The notes under the pieces were generated by a model, which ran no database searches, was not told where the DNA came from, and saw only the letters and a program-made list of their open reading frames with translations. Both the position numbers and the translations under genes were made by a program. From the NCBI GenBank assembly GCA_947625975.1, contig CANQQL010000002.1:4863-68862 (forward strand): a stretch of DNA of 64,000 nt, in the 5' to 3' direction. Below are positions 55,687-64,000 of this stretch, piece after piece. This DNA comes from an uncultured Bacilli bacterium. Its GTDB lineage: Bacteria; Bacillota_I; Bacilli_A; RFN20; CAG-826. Positions within the stretch are counted from its first letter, which is position 1, and each line of letters opens with the position of its first letter.

Positions 55687-55876
55687 CTTACCTTTAGCCT
55701 GCGTTCACTTGCGTGCATTGTATCAAAATGGTTCTCTTTTGCCATTTTTTTATTTACTAAAAGTTATTGTTAAAATTACTTTTAGTTTTTTTATTTTTTA
55801 TAAGTAGCAATATAAATTAAAATCATTTTTATGCTATACTTAAAGTAATAAAAACAATTATAGAAATGGGATAAAT

Positions 55877-56548
55877 ATGAAAGAAATTCGACAAAGAATA
55901 AAAGAAAAAATAGTAACGAAAAATAAAATTGAGCGTCGCAATCACAACTTCTCTATCTTAAACATTGTTATAAGCAGCAATAACTCGCATAAAATATATG
56001 AATATCGAGAGATATTTAAACCTTTTTCGAATATAAAGGTTTTTTCTTTGCATGATTTAAACATAATTGTCAATCCCGAAGAAACAGGATTAACATTTAA
56101 AGAAAATTCTTTAATTAAAGCTCAAGCTGTCAGTCAATTTACTAATGCTATCATTTTAGCTGATGATTCCGGATTAGAAATTGAAGCTCTCGGTGGTTTT
56201 CCCGGTATTAAATCATCACGATTTATGGATAATTGCCCTTATGAAAAGAAATTTCTAGCAATATTTGATCTTTTAAAAAATAAAGAAAATCGCAATGCTC
56301 AGTTTCATTGTGTTATTACAATTTTAAATTTAGAATCCCAACCTTTGTTTTTTGAGGGCATTATAAATGGGAAAATTGCCAAAACTTTTACCGGTAAAAA
56401 GGGATTTGGCTATGATCCTATCTTTGTTCCTAATGGCTATACAAAGTCATTTGCCGAACTTTCAGAGGTAGAAAAAAATGCAATTTCTCATCGAGGAATT
56501 GCTACGCAAAAAATGATAAATTATTTAAAAATAAATGGTTATATTTAA
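55877..56548 (+). CDS. rdgB: RdgB/HAM1 non-canonical purine NTP pyrophosphatase with a basic N-terminal extension of about 27 aa
   Basis: IVISSNNSHKIYEYREIF, DDSGLEIEALGGFPGIKSSRF, GFGYDPIF, and SHRG near the C-terminus. Confidence 0.88.
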   Translation: MKEIRQRIKEKIVTKNKIERRNHNFSILNIVISSNNSHKIYEYREIFKPFSNIKVFSLHDLNIIVNPEETGLTFKENSLIKAQAVSQFTNAIILADDSGLEIEALGGFPGIKSSRFMDNCPYEKKFLAIFDLLKNKENRNAQFHCVITILNLESQPLFFEGIINGKIAKTFTGKKGFGYDPIFVPNGYTKSFAELSEVEKNAISHRGIATQKMINYLKINGYI

Positions 56549-56549
56549 C

Positions 56550-57242
56550 CTAATTAGAATGCTGTTCGGCTAAATCATTAATATGATTTTTCATCGCCAA
56601 TGCAATCTTTTTTGGTTTTTTATAAATACTTTTTAATTCAGAATATTTAATTCCATTATCAATAATAAAAGCATTTTGTTTTTTTTGATAGTATGAAGAA
56701 TATATTAATATATCTTTTCCCTCTTTTAATAAATTTTCTGCTAGAGCAACAAAACCCGCAAAAAAATGTGTCAAATGATCTTTATATCCTTTTGAAGAAT
56801 CTTCAGGAAAAATTATTAAGTTTGAGCCATTAAAAATAGTTTTCATGCTTTCACGTATTGTGGTCACAAATCGCAAATCAGGATAAGTCGGTATTAAATT
56901 CATTCCACGATAAAACAAATTAACAAATGGTGTAGCAACAAAGCCAACAATTTTTGCAAATACTTTATTCCAATGATTTTTTTGTTGAAAATAGGTTGTA
57001 GATAAATATCGATAAACTGCTTTAGGTCCTTTAGTCATTTCTGCCACTCCCCAAAATCTAAAGTCATGAGGAAAATATAATTCCCATCTTACAGGCGCTT
57101 TTGATCCAACATGATTACTCAAAATTATTGAGGGCTCAGTAATTTCTTTATCAAGATAAACAAATTTAGGCTTGCGATATATAATGCTTATGATTTTTTT
57201 ATAGACTTTAAACCATAATTTGTTTTGGGCTTTTACTGACAT
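56550..57242 (-). CDS. Acyltransferase-like protein (PlsC/LPLAT-related, divergent)
   Basis: LSNHVGSKAP (H present, no D at +5) and IIFPEDSSKG resemble acyltransferase blocks I and III. The stop lies 1 nt from the rdgB stop. Confidence 0.5.
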   Translation of the reverse strand: MSVKAQNKLWFKVYKKIISIIYRKPKFVYLDKEITEPSIILSNHVGSKAPVRWELYFPHDFRFWGVAEMTKGPKAVYRYLSTTYFQQKNHWNKVFAKIVGFVATPFVNLFYRGMNLIPTYPDLRFVTTIRESMKTIFNGSNLIIFPEDSSKGYKDHLTHFFAGFVALAENLLKEGKDILIYSSYYQKKQNAFIIDNGIKYSELKSIYKKPKKIALAMKNHINDLAEQHSN

Positions 57243-57312
57243 ATAAATACTCCTTGGATAAATATTATACTAAAATCAACAAAATTACAACCATATAACT
57301 GTCATTTAGAAA

Positions 57313-57341
57313 TAAAAAAGCGACAAATAGCAAATTGTCGC
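57313..57341 (-). terminator. Terminator downstream of tRNA-Ser
   Basis: GCGACAA-(8 nt)-TTGTCGC, followed on the minus strand by TTTTTT. Confidence 0.7.
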
Positions 57342-57351
57342 ATTTTGTAAA

Positions 57352-57442
57352 TGGCGGAGCAAGAGAGACTCGAACTCTCGCACCAGTTACCCGATCTACG
57401 TCCTTAGCAGGGACGCCCCTTCACCAACTTGGGTATTGCTCC
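57352..57442 (-). tRNA. tRNA-Ser (anticodon GCU), long variable arm, CCA encoded
   Basis: The reverse complement reads GGAGCAATACCCAAGTTGGTGAAGGGGCGTCCCTGCTAAGGACGTAGATCGGGTAACTGGTGCGAGAGTTCGAGTCTCTCTTGCTCCGCCA (91 nt). Anticodon arm CGTCC-CTGCTAA-GGACG. Confidence 0.9.
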
Positions 57443-57454
57443 AAGGACGCAATA

Positions 57455-57483
57455 ATAATAGCACATCACAAAGTTTATTACAA
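57455..57483 (-). promoter_or_regulatory. Candidate promoter of tRNA-Ser
   Basis: On the minus strand: TTGTAA, 17 nt, then TGcTATTAT (extended -10), ending 12 nt upstream of the tRNA 5' end. Confidence 0.45.
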
Positions 57484-57664
57484 TATTATTATTGTGAAAA
57501 TAGTTATTCTTAGTTAGCAAATATACTTACTAATTTCTTTGTAATAGTGTACGTTGCTATGATAGCAACTATTGGAGTAATAGTAATTATTCACAAAATT
57601 ATGTGATTGTAAGATAACTAGAAATTATCTATAATTTTAATGTACATATAATGGGAGTATATTT

Positions 57665-59224
57665 ATGAAAACTTTTAGACTACTAATGTTATTTTCATTG
57701 ACTTTAGTGATTTCATCTTGTAATAGTGATGCAATTTCTGAAAATTCTTCAACAACTTCTCTTGAATCTTCATCTGTAGGTCATCAAAGTACACTTACCG
57801 ATTCTACATCTCAAAATAGTATTTCTCCAGTTCTGGAGCCTTTAAAAGTTTATATTCAGGTTTCCGGTAGAACTCCCCAAGAAATGAGGCAATCTGAGGA
57901 TGGCGAGATAAAAGTTTTTACAATAACACTAAATTTAAATGTTGGAGAGCAAATTTCAATTTTTGACAATGATAATGTATTTTATAATAATTATAATAAT
58001 GACTTTGATGGTACGGCTAAAATTTCCGGTGAATATACCTTTACTTTAAACATTTCAAAGGATACCGCATTTGTTGATGTAGATGCACCGCAACCAATTA
58101 ACCCGACTCCTAGAGACACCAAAGTAATGGTTTACTACACCAATAGCGAAAGATGGAATAATGTCTATGTTTATATGTGGAATTATAAAACTCAAACTCC
58201 GAAAGAAGCTTGGCCAGGCACTAAACTCTCTATAAGTGGCTATTCCGATTATGGAGAGGACCAATATTCCATAGAAATAGATTACAGTAAATATGATCGA
58301 GTAATTTTTAATGATGGTCAAAACAGACAAACCGAAGATTTGATTGTTAACTATGCAACAAGCGGTTATTATGGAAAGGATGGCGTTTTTACAATGAATG
58401 CAACAAGTTATGGCAAAGTAGAATATTTTACTCTTGAAGATAGTAAAAATTTACAATATACAAAAAGTAAAACAAAAAAAATATCTGTCTATACGCCAAG
58501 TACCTATACAAATACAAAAAAATATGGCGTACTCTACATGTTTGATAGTCAAAATTTATACGCTGCAGCAACAGGAGCAAGGCCCACATCTGACAGTTAT
58601 GGTTCATGGTCCGTGGATGTAGCAATATCTAATCTGGTCGAAAGAGGAGAAGATGGAATAATAATTGTCGCCATAGATAATTCTGATGGATATCGAGATT
58701 CCGAATTAACCATGAGTCAATCATTCGGTGAACTAACTAGTCTTGCTGATAATGCTAATTTTTATAATGGCAAATTAGATGATCTAGGCAATTTTATGAA
58801 AGAAACTGTCATGCCGTTTATTCAAGAAAAATACTCGGTAGATTCTCGTCGCGAACATACGGGAATTGCAGGCTCATCTTCTGGAGGATTAGCAGCTTAC
58901 TATTTAGGTTTGCGCGATAACAATATTTATGGATACATCGGAGCCTTCTCTCCTGCCAATGCTCTTTTTACTTCAAGTGCTTGGAAACGCTTTTATCAAA
59001 GTAAAGACTTTAGTGCACAAAAAACTGATATTTATCTATATTGTGGTAATGGCGATAATTTAGAAAAAATGCTACTTCCTGCTACAAAAGAGATTGCTAT
59101 TGATTTAAAGCAATTGGGATTTAGCGAAAATAATATTGTGGAAAACTATTATGAAAAAGGATCCCACAATGAAAGTTATTGGCGAATTGCCTTTTTGGAA
59201 TTTATCAGCAAAATGATTAAATAA
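57665..59224 (+). CDS. Lipoprotein: starch-binding-like CBM (CBM25/26-type) + esterase-D/Fes-type alpha/beta hydrolase
   Basis: Lipobox VISSC plus an S/T-rich linker. CBM-like VMVYYTNSERWNNVYVYMWN...AWPGTKLS...VIFNDGQNRQTEDL. Esterase nucleophile GIAGSSSGG. Confidence 0.7.
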   Translation: MKTFRLLMLFSLTLVISSCNSDAISENSSTTSLESSSVGHQSTLTDSTSQNSISPVLEPLKVYIQVSGRTPQEMRQSEDGEIKVFTITLNLNVGEQISIFDNDNVFYNNYNNDFDGTAKISGEYTFTLNISKDTAFVDVDAPQPINPTPRDTKVMVYYTNSERWNNVYVYMWNYKTQTPKEAWPGTKLSISGYSDYGEDQYSIEIDYSKYDRVIFNDGQNRQTEDLIVNYATSGYYGKDGVFTMNATSYGKVEYFTLEDSKNLQYTKSKTKKISVYTPSTYTNTKKYGVLYMFDSQNLYAAATGARPTSDSYGSWSVDVAISNLVERGEDGIIIVAIDNSDGYRDSELTMSQSFGELTSLADNANFYNGKLDDLGNFMKETVMPFIQEKYSVDSRREHTGIAGSSSGGLAAYYLGLRDNNIYGYIGAFSPANALFTSSAWKRFYQSKDFSAQKTDIYLYCGNGDNLEKMLLPATKEIAIDLKQLGFSENNIVENYYEKGSHNESYWRIAFLEFISKMIK

Positions 59225-59260
59225 TGGGCATTTTAATTGCTTTTTCATATTTGCAATGTA

Positions 59261-59301
59261 AAAAAATAATTGAGTAAAAGTGTTTTACTCAATTATTTTT
59301 T
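59261..59301. terminator. Bidirectional terminator between the esterase lipoprotein gene and the 184-aa membrane protein gene
   Basis: 15-bp stem AATAATTGAGTAAAA-gtg-TTTTACTCAATTATT, flanked by an A-run and a T-run. Confidence 0.75.
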
Positions 59302-59335
59302 ATTTAGTAGATTAACAAATACGTTCTTAACAAAA

Positions 59336-59890
59336 CTATTTCCCATTAATAAATTTTACTTCAGCATTTATTAATTGGTCTGCTCTATTAATTTCTCTTT
59401 TTAAGTAGTTACGCTCAAAAACAAATTTATCAACAGCTTCCCAAACAAACACCCAACCAATAATTTCTAAAATTGTGGACCATATTTCATTTATTTTATC
59501 TAAAAAGATAAAAATAAGCATCACCGCGATAATTACAAAACCAATACCAAACATTGAAAAAGCGGCAATTTGATTGTAAAGAAGATCTCTTTTAAGTTGT
59601 CTTTTTTCATTGCTATAATAATTTTTTATTGCTGCTTGATATTTCGACTCATTGTCTTTACTTATCACATTGCTATACAAATATAAACTAATGCTACCTT
59701 TTGGAGGCACATTTTTAATAATATTATCTAGATATGTTGCAACCTCACTTGATACTATCGGTTCTTTTCCACAATAAGGTGAAATAAAATTACTATCATC
59801 CAAAATAGTCATTTCTATAATATATCGACCTTGATCATCAATATTAATATTTAATAAATCATCAATTTTTTTCTTAGTATTTTGTCTCAT
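59336..59890 (-). CDS. Hypothetical membrane protein (184 aa, 2 TM helices near the C-terminus)
   Basis: Hydrophobic stretches IAAFSMFGIGFVIIAVMLIFIFL and ILEIIGWVFVWEAV. Lies 9 nt downstream of the flavin reductase gene. Confidence 0.55.
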   Translation of the reverse strand: MRQNTKKKIDDLLNINIDDQGRYIIEMTILDDSNFISPYCGKEPIVSSEVATYLDNIIKNVPPKGSISLYLYSNVISKDNESKYQAAIKNYYSNEKRQLKRDLLYNQIAAFSMFGIGFVIIAVMLIFIFLDKINEIWSTILEIIGWVFVWEAVDKFVFERNYLKREINRADQLINAEVKFINGK

Positions 59891-59899
59891 ATATTTTTC

Positions 59900-60460
59900 C
59901 TACTTTAGTTTTAATCCGTCTTTAAAAGCATTCCCAACTGTTTTACCTAATTCGACATAGCAATGGCACACCGGATCATAACTTATCAAATACATTTTTT
60001 TCAAATCTATTTTACCATCACTAAGAACTTCTTCTTTAGCACTTACGTTAATTATATCGGCCACAACCCAAGTTGTTTCCCCATCTTCTTGTAATTTATT
60101 AACTTTACATTCTAAAGACATCGGAAATTCATCAAAAAGCGGGGCGTTAACATACTCTGCTCTTAAAACAGTTAAATCAGCTTTTTTAATTTTATCAACT
60201 TCGTAACCGCTGATTATACCTACAAAATCCGCTTGTACGACATGTTGAGCATCAGCAAAAGAAATACTGAATTCTTGAGATTTTTTTATATTATCTGTTG
60301 TTTTATGATCACTGCTTAAACATAGATAAACTTGATTAGTATCATAGATTCCTCCCCAGGCTGCATTCATGGCATTAGGATTACCATATTCATCATATGT
60401 TCCTATAATTAAAACAGGCAAAGGATAAAAAAAAGTATTTTTTCCAAAATTTTTTCGCAT
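59900..60460 (-). CDS. Flavin reductase-like (FMN-binding split-barrel) protein
   Basis: FFYPLPVLIIGTYDEYGNPNAMNAAWGG is typical of flavin reductase domains. The ATG at 60460 has a GGAGGA RBS. Confidence 0.75.
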   Translation of the reverse strand: MRKNFGKNTFFYPLPVLIIGTYDEYGNPNAMNAAWGGIYDTNQVYLCLSSDHKTTDNIKKSQEFSISFADAQHVVQADFVGIISGYEVDKIKKADLTVLRAEYVNAPLFDEFPMSLECKVNKLQEDGETTWVVADIINVSAKEEVLSDGKIDLKKMYLISYDPVCHCYVELGKTVGNAFKDGLKLK

Positions 60461-60565
60461 AAAAAGATTCCTCCAACTTTCTATTATCATTTTATCATAT
60501 TTAAAACTATTTTCTTGTGATTTTTAAAAAATTTGTTATGATGGAAACGTCTTAAAGTATAATTA

Positions 60566-60608
60566 AAAACAAACCCAATTTGAAAGTTGTTTTCCAATTG
60601 GGTTTTTT
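60566..60608. terminator. Bidirectional terminator downstream of proS
   Basis: AAACCCAATT-(15 nt)-AATTGGGTTT, with an A-rich 5' flank and a T-run at the 3' side. Confidence 0.75.
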
Positions 60609-60638
60609 AAAAATAAATAATATTATATAAATAAAGTA

Positions 60639-62072
60639 TTAGTAGGCTTTAGCAAATAAAACAACTTTCGAAGCTTTTTTTCCACATACCGGACAAGTAT
60701 CTCCAAAATGCTCTTGCTCAAATGGTATACAACGAGATGTCGCGTTGGTATCTTCTTTGATTTTATTTTCGCAAGTTTCATCACCACACCACATCATTTT
60801 TATATAACCGCCCTTATCAATTAAGGACTTAAATTCATCATATGTATTGGCTTCTTTAATACTATTCAATAATTGATCTAAAGCTTTGTGATACATTTCT
60901 TCATGGATTGATGTAAGAGTATTTAAAACAGCATTTTCTAATTCATCAATTTTACATTGAATTTTTTCACCGGTATTTCGCTTGCATAAAACTACTTTAT
61001 TGCTTTCTAAATCACGTGGGCCTAATTCAATTCTTAATGGTATACCTTTCATTTCATATTCAGCAAATTTCCAGCCAGGAGTACGATCACTATCGTCAAA
61101 CTTTACTCGCAAGCCGATTTTTTCTAATCTATTTTTTATCTCTGTACATTTTGCAACTATTCCCGGCTTTGCTTGTTGAATAGGAACAATAACGACTTGT
61201 ATTGGTGCAACACGTGGAGGCAGTACTAAACCATTGTCATCACCATGAACCATGATAATGGCCCCAATAAGTCGTGTTGATACTCCCCAAGATGTTTGTT
61301 GAACATGCTTTACTTTGCCATCCTGGTCTTGAAAAGTAATACCAAAAGCTTTAGCAAAACCATCACCAAAGTAATGAGTTGTACCACTTTGTAAAGCTTT
61401 TCCATCGTGCATAAGTGCTTCAATTGTATAGGTCTCTTCAGCACCCGCAAATTTCTCTTTTTCAGTTTTTTGTCCGGTAACAAAGGGTATGGCAAGCAAA
61501 TCTTTACCCATATCTTTATAAATTTCTAACATCATCAAAGTTTCATGTTTCGCTTCTTCTTTTGTGCGATGAATTGTGTGACCTTCTTGCCATAAAAACT
61601 CAGAACCTCGCAAAAATGGACGTGTGGTCTTTTCCCAGCGTACAACGGAACACCATTGATTGTATTTTATCGGCAAATCACGATATGATGAAACAATTTT
61701 CGCAAAGTGCTCACAAAATAATGTTTCGCTTGTTGGTCGCACAATTAGTCTTTCGTCTAATTGATTTTGTCCTCCTATCGTGACAATTGCACATTCCGGA
61801 GCAAATCCTTCCACATGTTCTTTTTCTTTTTGCAACAAAGATTCAGGTATCATCATTGGCATATATACATTTTCATGTCCGGTTTGTTTAAATTTGTGAT
61901 CCAAATAATTTTGAATTTGTTCCCATATTGCAAATCCATATGGACGATATACAATAAATCCTTTAACAGAAGAATAATCCATTAATTCCGCTTTGCGACA
62001 TACATCAGTATACCATTGTGCAAAATCTACATCACGAGATGTAATTGCATCATTTTTTGTATCTATTCCCAT
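60639..62072 (-). CDS. proS: Prolyl-tRNA synthetase, archaeal/eukaryote-like type (no INS editing domain, C-terminal Zn-binding domain)
   Basis: 477 aa. [17 protein letters not shown], class II motifs ([14 protein letters not shown]), C-terminal cysteines CGDETCE...CPVCGK. Confidence 0.93.
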   Translation of the reverse strand: MGIDTKNDAITSRDVDFAQWYTDVCRKAELMDYSSVKGFIVYRPYGFAIWEQIQNYLDHKFKQTGHENVYMPMMIPESLLQKEKEHVEGFAPECAIVTIGGQNQLDERLIVRPTSETLFCEHFAKIVSSYRDLPIKYNQWCSVVRWEKTTRPFLRGSEFLWQEGHTIHRTKEEAKHETLMMLEIYKDMGKDLLAIPFVTGQKTEKEKFAGAEETYTIEALMHDGKALQSGTTHYFGDGFAKAFGITFQDQDGKVKHVQQTSWGVSTRLIGAIIMVHGDDNGLVLPPRVAPIQVVIVPIQQAKPGIVAKCTEIKNRLEKIGLRVKFDDSDRTPGWKFAEYEMKGIPLRIELGPRDLESNKVVLCKRNTGEKIQCKIDELENAVLNTLTSIHEEMYHKALDQLLNSIKEANTYDEFKSLIDKGGYIKMMWCGDETCENKIKEDTNATSRCIPFEQEHFGDTCPVCGKKASKVVLFAKAY

Positions 62073-62083
62073 AAATAATCCTC

Positions 62084-63826
62084 CTAATTTTTGCCTTTAA
62101 CAGATAACATTGCCTTGTCAAATTTCTTTTTATCAATAGGCAAAATCATTTCATCACTTGGAGCTATAAGTATACTCGAACCGTAATTTATACCCATTTT
62201 TGTCAAAAGATATAAGGAACTTGTAGTATCTAAATCATAAGCAATTATATTTTTTTGGTAATTTTTTAATTCTTCCACTATCGTGTGAACGATAAGCATC
62301 GGCCTACCAAGTTTGCGACAAGCTCTTGTAAGTTCACCATCAATTATAAAATAGTCAAATAATTGTATAATTTCATTAGTTAAAAGAGATTCTTTTCTTC
62401 GAACAACCAACGCAAGCGAAAATTGATGTTCTTTTAAATTTTGTAAAGTTTCAATTATTTCCGACTCTTCTTGCAACCATTCTGATAATTCAACTTCACT
62501 AAAAGACAAAATTACATTTTCGATTTTTAAATTGTTTGTGTGAGCAAAACTTTTGATAATAAAATCTTTTTCCAATATTGAAACATGATAAATTAGTCTC
62601 ATATTGTCAGAATTTTCATTTTTAAACTTTGCTAAAATTTTCTTATTAAACATTGTAAACAGTTCTTTAATTTTGCCGGCTTTATATGCATATTCTTTTA
62701 GTTCTTGCAAATCACTAAATATAGAATTATTACATATTATTGTCGAGGAATAAGAATGCACTTTCCCCGTCGTAAAATTAACAATTGGTTGAAACTGCAC
62801 TTTAAAGTCTTTTTTCTCCACAAATGTTGCAAACTCTCTTTCGTATGAGCGCGTAATGTCATTATCAGAAGCTATGTTTTCATCATAAATCATAACATGA
62901 TTAGGATGATTCAAAGCAAGGGTGGATATTGAACGTGTAACGCGAACCAATTTCTTATATGATGCCAATTCTCCATTTAACAAACATCCGGAAATGGCAT
63001 ATGTATATTTATCACCATAAGAATTTAATTCGAAATATTTAGAGATTGACTTCGAAATGCTTTGCATCAAGCGTAATAAATTTCTTCTGGTGCTTATACC
63101 CGGGTAAAAAATTGTAAAGGCAGATTGAGAGTAATTCGCTACTGAACAATTTGTTTTCAAGCAAGGGATAATAATATTTTTAATAGAGGCAAAAAGCATT
63201 GAATCAACTTTATCATCATCGTCATCTTGAAGTTTAGTATTCTTAATGAGGACATATAAAAACGAGCCTTTGTTTTTATCACGCAAATTTTCAATATTAA
63301 ACATTTGATCAATATTAGTAACCGTGATTCTTCTTTTTTCGTTTTTTGCATCAAGTTGCTTAATGTTAATATTTTTCATTAAGCGATTTTCCAAATGTAA
63401 GATTTTTCTTTTCTTATCGATTTTGTTGACTTGCAAAAATGAAAAACATTTGTGTTTATCTTCATCTATATAACAATCCGCTTCTAAATAATCACTGACA
63501 TCCTTTTTGTTACCAAGTAATTCTTCAATCCACTTTGTAATTCGTATCCCGTCTTCCGTTGAATAAAACTCAAGGAATTTTGAAAAAGTACATTCATGTT
63601 GCTTTGTAATTTTATTTTTATCAAAATATTTTACTTTTTCTTGCTTATAGTCAATAATTATTATTCGTGTTGAATTTTTCGCCTTTTTAAAATCCTTTTC
63701 TAAATTATCATTTTTATGGCGAGAAACAAAAAAATAAATTAATAATAAAGCAAAAATAGCAATTGCTATTAAAACTAATAGAAAAATATATAAGATATCA
63801 TTGGTTTGGGTTACAAAAAATTTCAT
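62084..63826 (-). CDS. Membrane-anchored protein with degenerate GGDEF-like and degenerate EAL-like domains
   Basis: N-terminal TM helix. [13 protein letters not shown] stands where RxGGDEF is expected. [20 protein letters not shown] stands where QPI...E(A/V)L is expected. LALVVRR replaces DDFG, and IAYDLD replaces EGVE. Confidence 0.6.
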   Translation of the reverse strand: MKFFVTQTNDILYIFLLVLIAIAIFALLLIYFFVSRHKNDNLEKDFKKAKNSTRIIIIDYKQEKVKYFDKNKITKQHECTFSKFLEFYSTEDGIRITKWIEELLGNKKDVSDYLEADCYIDEDKHKCFSFLQVNKIDKKRKILHLENRLMKNINIKQLDAKNEKRRITVTNIDQMFNIENLRDKNKGSFLYVLIKNTKLQDDDDDKVDSMLFASIKNIIIPCLKTNCSVANYSQSAFTIFYPGISTRRNLLRLMQSISKSISKYFELNSYGDKYTYAISGCLLNGELASYKKLVRVTRSISTLALNHPNHVMIYDENIASDNDITRSYEREFATFVEKKDFKVQFQPIVNFTTGKVHSYSSTIICNNSIFSDLQELKEYAYKAGKIKELFTMFNKKILAKFKNENSDNMRLIYHVSILEKDFIIKSFAHTNNLKIENVILSFSEVELSEWLQEESEIIETLQNLKEHQFSLALVVRRKESLLTNEIIQLFDYFIIDGELTRACRKLGRPMLIVHTIVEELKNYQKNIIAYDLDTTSSLYLLTKMGINYGSSILIAPSDEMILPIDKKKFDKAMLSVKGKN

Positions 63827-63855
63827 GAATTAAAATCACCTGCTAATATTATATA

Positions 63856-63872
63856 CTTGTATATAATACAAG
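63856..63872. promoter_or_regulatory. 7-3-7 palindrome overlapping a TATAAT box upstream of the GGDEF/EAL-like and proS gene pair
   Basis: CTTGTAT-ata-ATACAAG. Located 30-46 nt upstream of the start codon at 63826. Confidence 0.35.
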
Positions 63873-63913
63873 GAAAGAAAATTTTAATGTTTTATAATGG
63901 CTAACTAGTAAAT

Positions 63914-64000
63914 TTAAGAAGGTATTTTAACAATAAATGCTGGTCCTTTTAGTCTATTTTTTAACGATATTGTCCCATTCCAATTTGAGATAATTTTCTT
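63914..64000 (-). CDS. C-terminal 28 codons of a gene entering from the right edge; possibly the HATPase_c end of a sensor histidine kinase
   Basis: My translation is KKIISNWNGTISLKNRLKGPAFIVKIPS*, which resembles the hGGxIxvxSxxGxGtxFxxxlP terminus of histidine kinases. Very short, so weak. Confidence 0.3.
   Translation of the reverse strand, partial: KKIISNWNGTISLKNRLKGPAFIVKIPS

Noticed and set aside
55659-55745. 28-codon minus-strand ORF (MAKENHFDTMHASERRLKVSKNHQNHIS) as a small protein gene
   Set aside because: It has no Shine-Dalgarno sequence upstream, and it runs through the esterase-operon terminator hairpin. It is kept only as part of the sRNA/remnant observation.
55877-55960. rdgB N-terminal 27-aa basic extension as a mis-called start
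   Set aside because: There is no in-frame ATG, GTG or TTG with an RBS near the canonical N-terminus (ILNIVISSNN). I therefore kept the ATG at 55877, and note that the extension may be real; I do not claim a function for it.
57335-57517. 60-aa plus-strand ORF MSHFVNGGARETRTLAPV...
   Set aside because: It is the antisense reading of tRNA-Ser (57352-57442). The conserved-looking peptide is an artefact of the tRNA sequence.
1-64000. Alternative genetic code (TGA as Trp, Mollicutes code 4)
   Set aside because: Conserved proteins reach their expected lengths under the standard code. Trp in conserved positions is encoded by TGG, for example in pnp. Several genes, such as the ABC ATPase at 17276-17278, terminate sensibly at TGA.
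1-64000. CRISPR arrays, IS elements, integrases, prophage or conjugative genes, rRNA
   Set aside because: I found no spaced direct-repeat array, no transposase or recombinase motifs (DDE, tyrosine or serine recombinase) and no rRNA-like sequence in any of the translated ORFs or intergenic regions. TraX here is a stand-alone membrane protein with no other tra genes.

Overview
AT-rich (about 30% GC by eye), gene-dense chromosomal window from a low-GC Bacillota/Mycoplasmatota-like anaerobe. The standard genetic code fits. I can support about 55 CDS, 3 tRNAs (Asp-GUC, Gly-UCC, Ser-GCU) and a set of hairpin terminators, promoters and palindromic operator candidates. I saw no rRNA, CRISPR array, transposase, integrase or prophage gene. 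Several lipoproteins carry a lipobox followed by an S/T-rich linker. Housekeeping genes: a glycerol-3-P dehydrogenase-like FAD oxidoreductase pair, dapA-family, pnp, a solitary mreB, tal/fsa, ppa, a udk-like kinase, compact addAB, glpK, pepP, mrp, yigZ, trxA, rdgB and an archaeal-type proS. Accessory content: (1) a roughly 9 kb, very AT-rich Wzy-dependent polysaccharide locus (18153-26987). It sits between the ATPase/permease genes and the binding-protein gene of one ABC importer, and ends with Wzz plus a BY-kinase homolog that has lost its Walker motifs and tyrosine tail. (2) A monocistronic 1883-aa ORF (44521-50172) with a CvpA-like membrane anchor and about a dozen degenerate repeat modules of 90-115 aa; I cannot assign it to any family, and it is my best candidate for something undescribed. 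(3) A membrane-anchored protein with degenerate GGDEF and EAL domains that abuts proS. (4) A shortened GH77 (MalQ-like) protein whose catalytic signature looks eroded. (5) A flavodiiron, flavin-reductase and rubredoxin fusion with a palindromic -10 region. (6) An ArsR/SmtB, HMA and P1B-ATPase metal module with two near-identical operators. (7) A surface lipoprotein Endonuclease-I nuclease. (8) A tRNA-adjacent TetR plus two anchored esterases with a three-half-site operator. All functional calls come from reading motifs by eye and from recalled family signatures; no searches were run.
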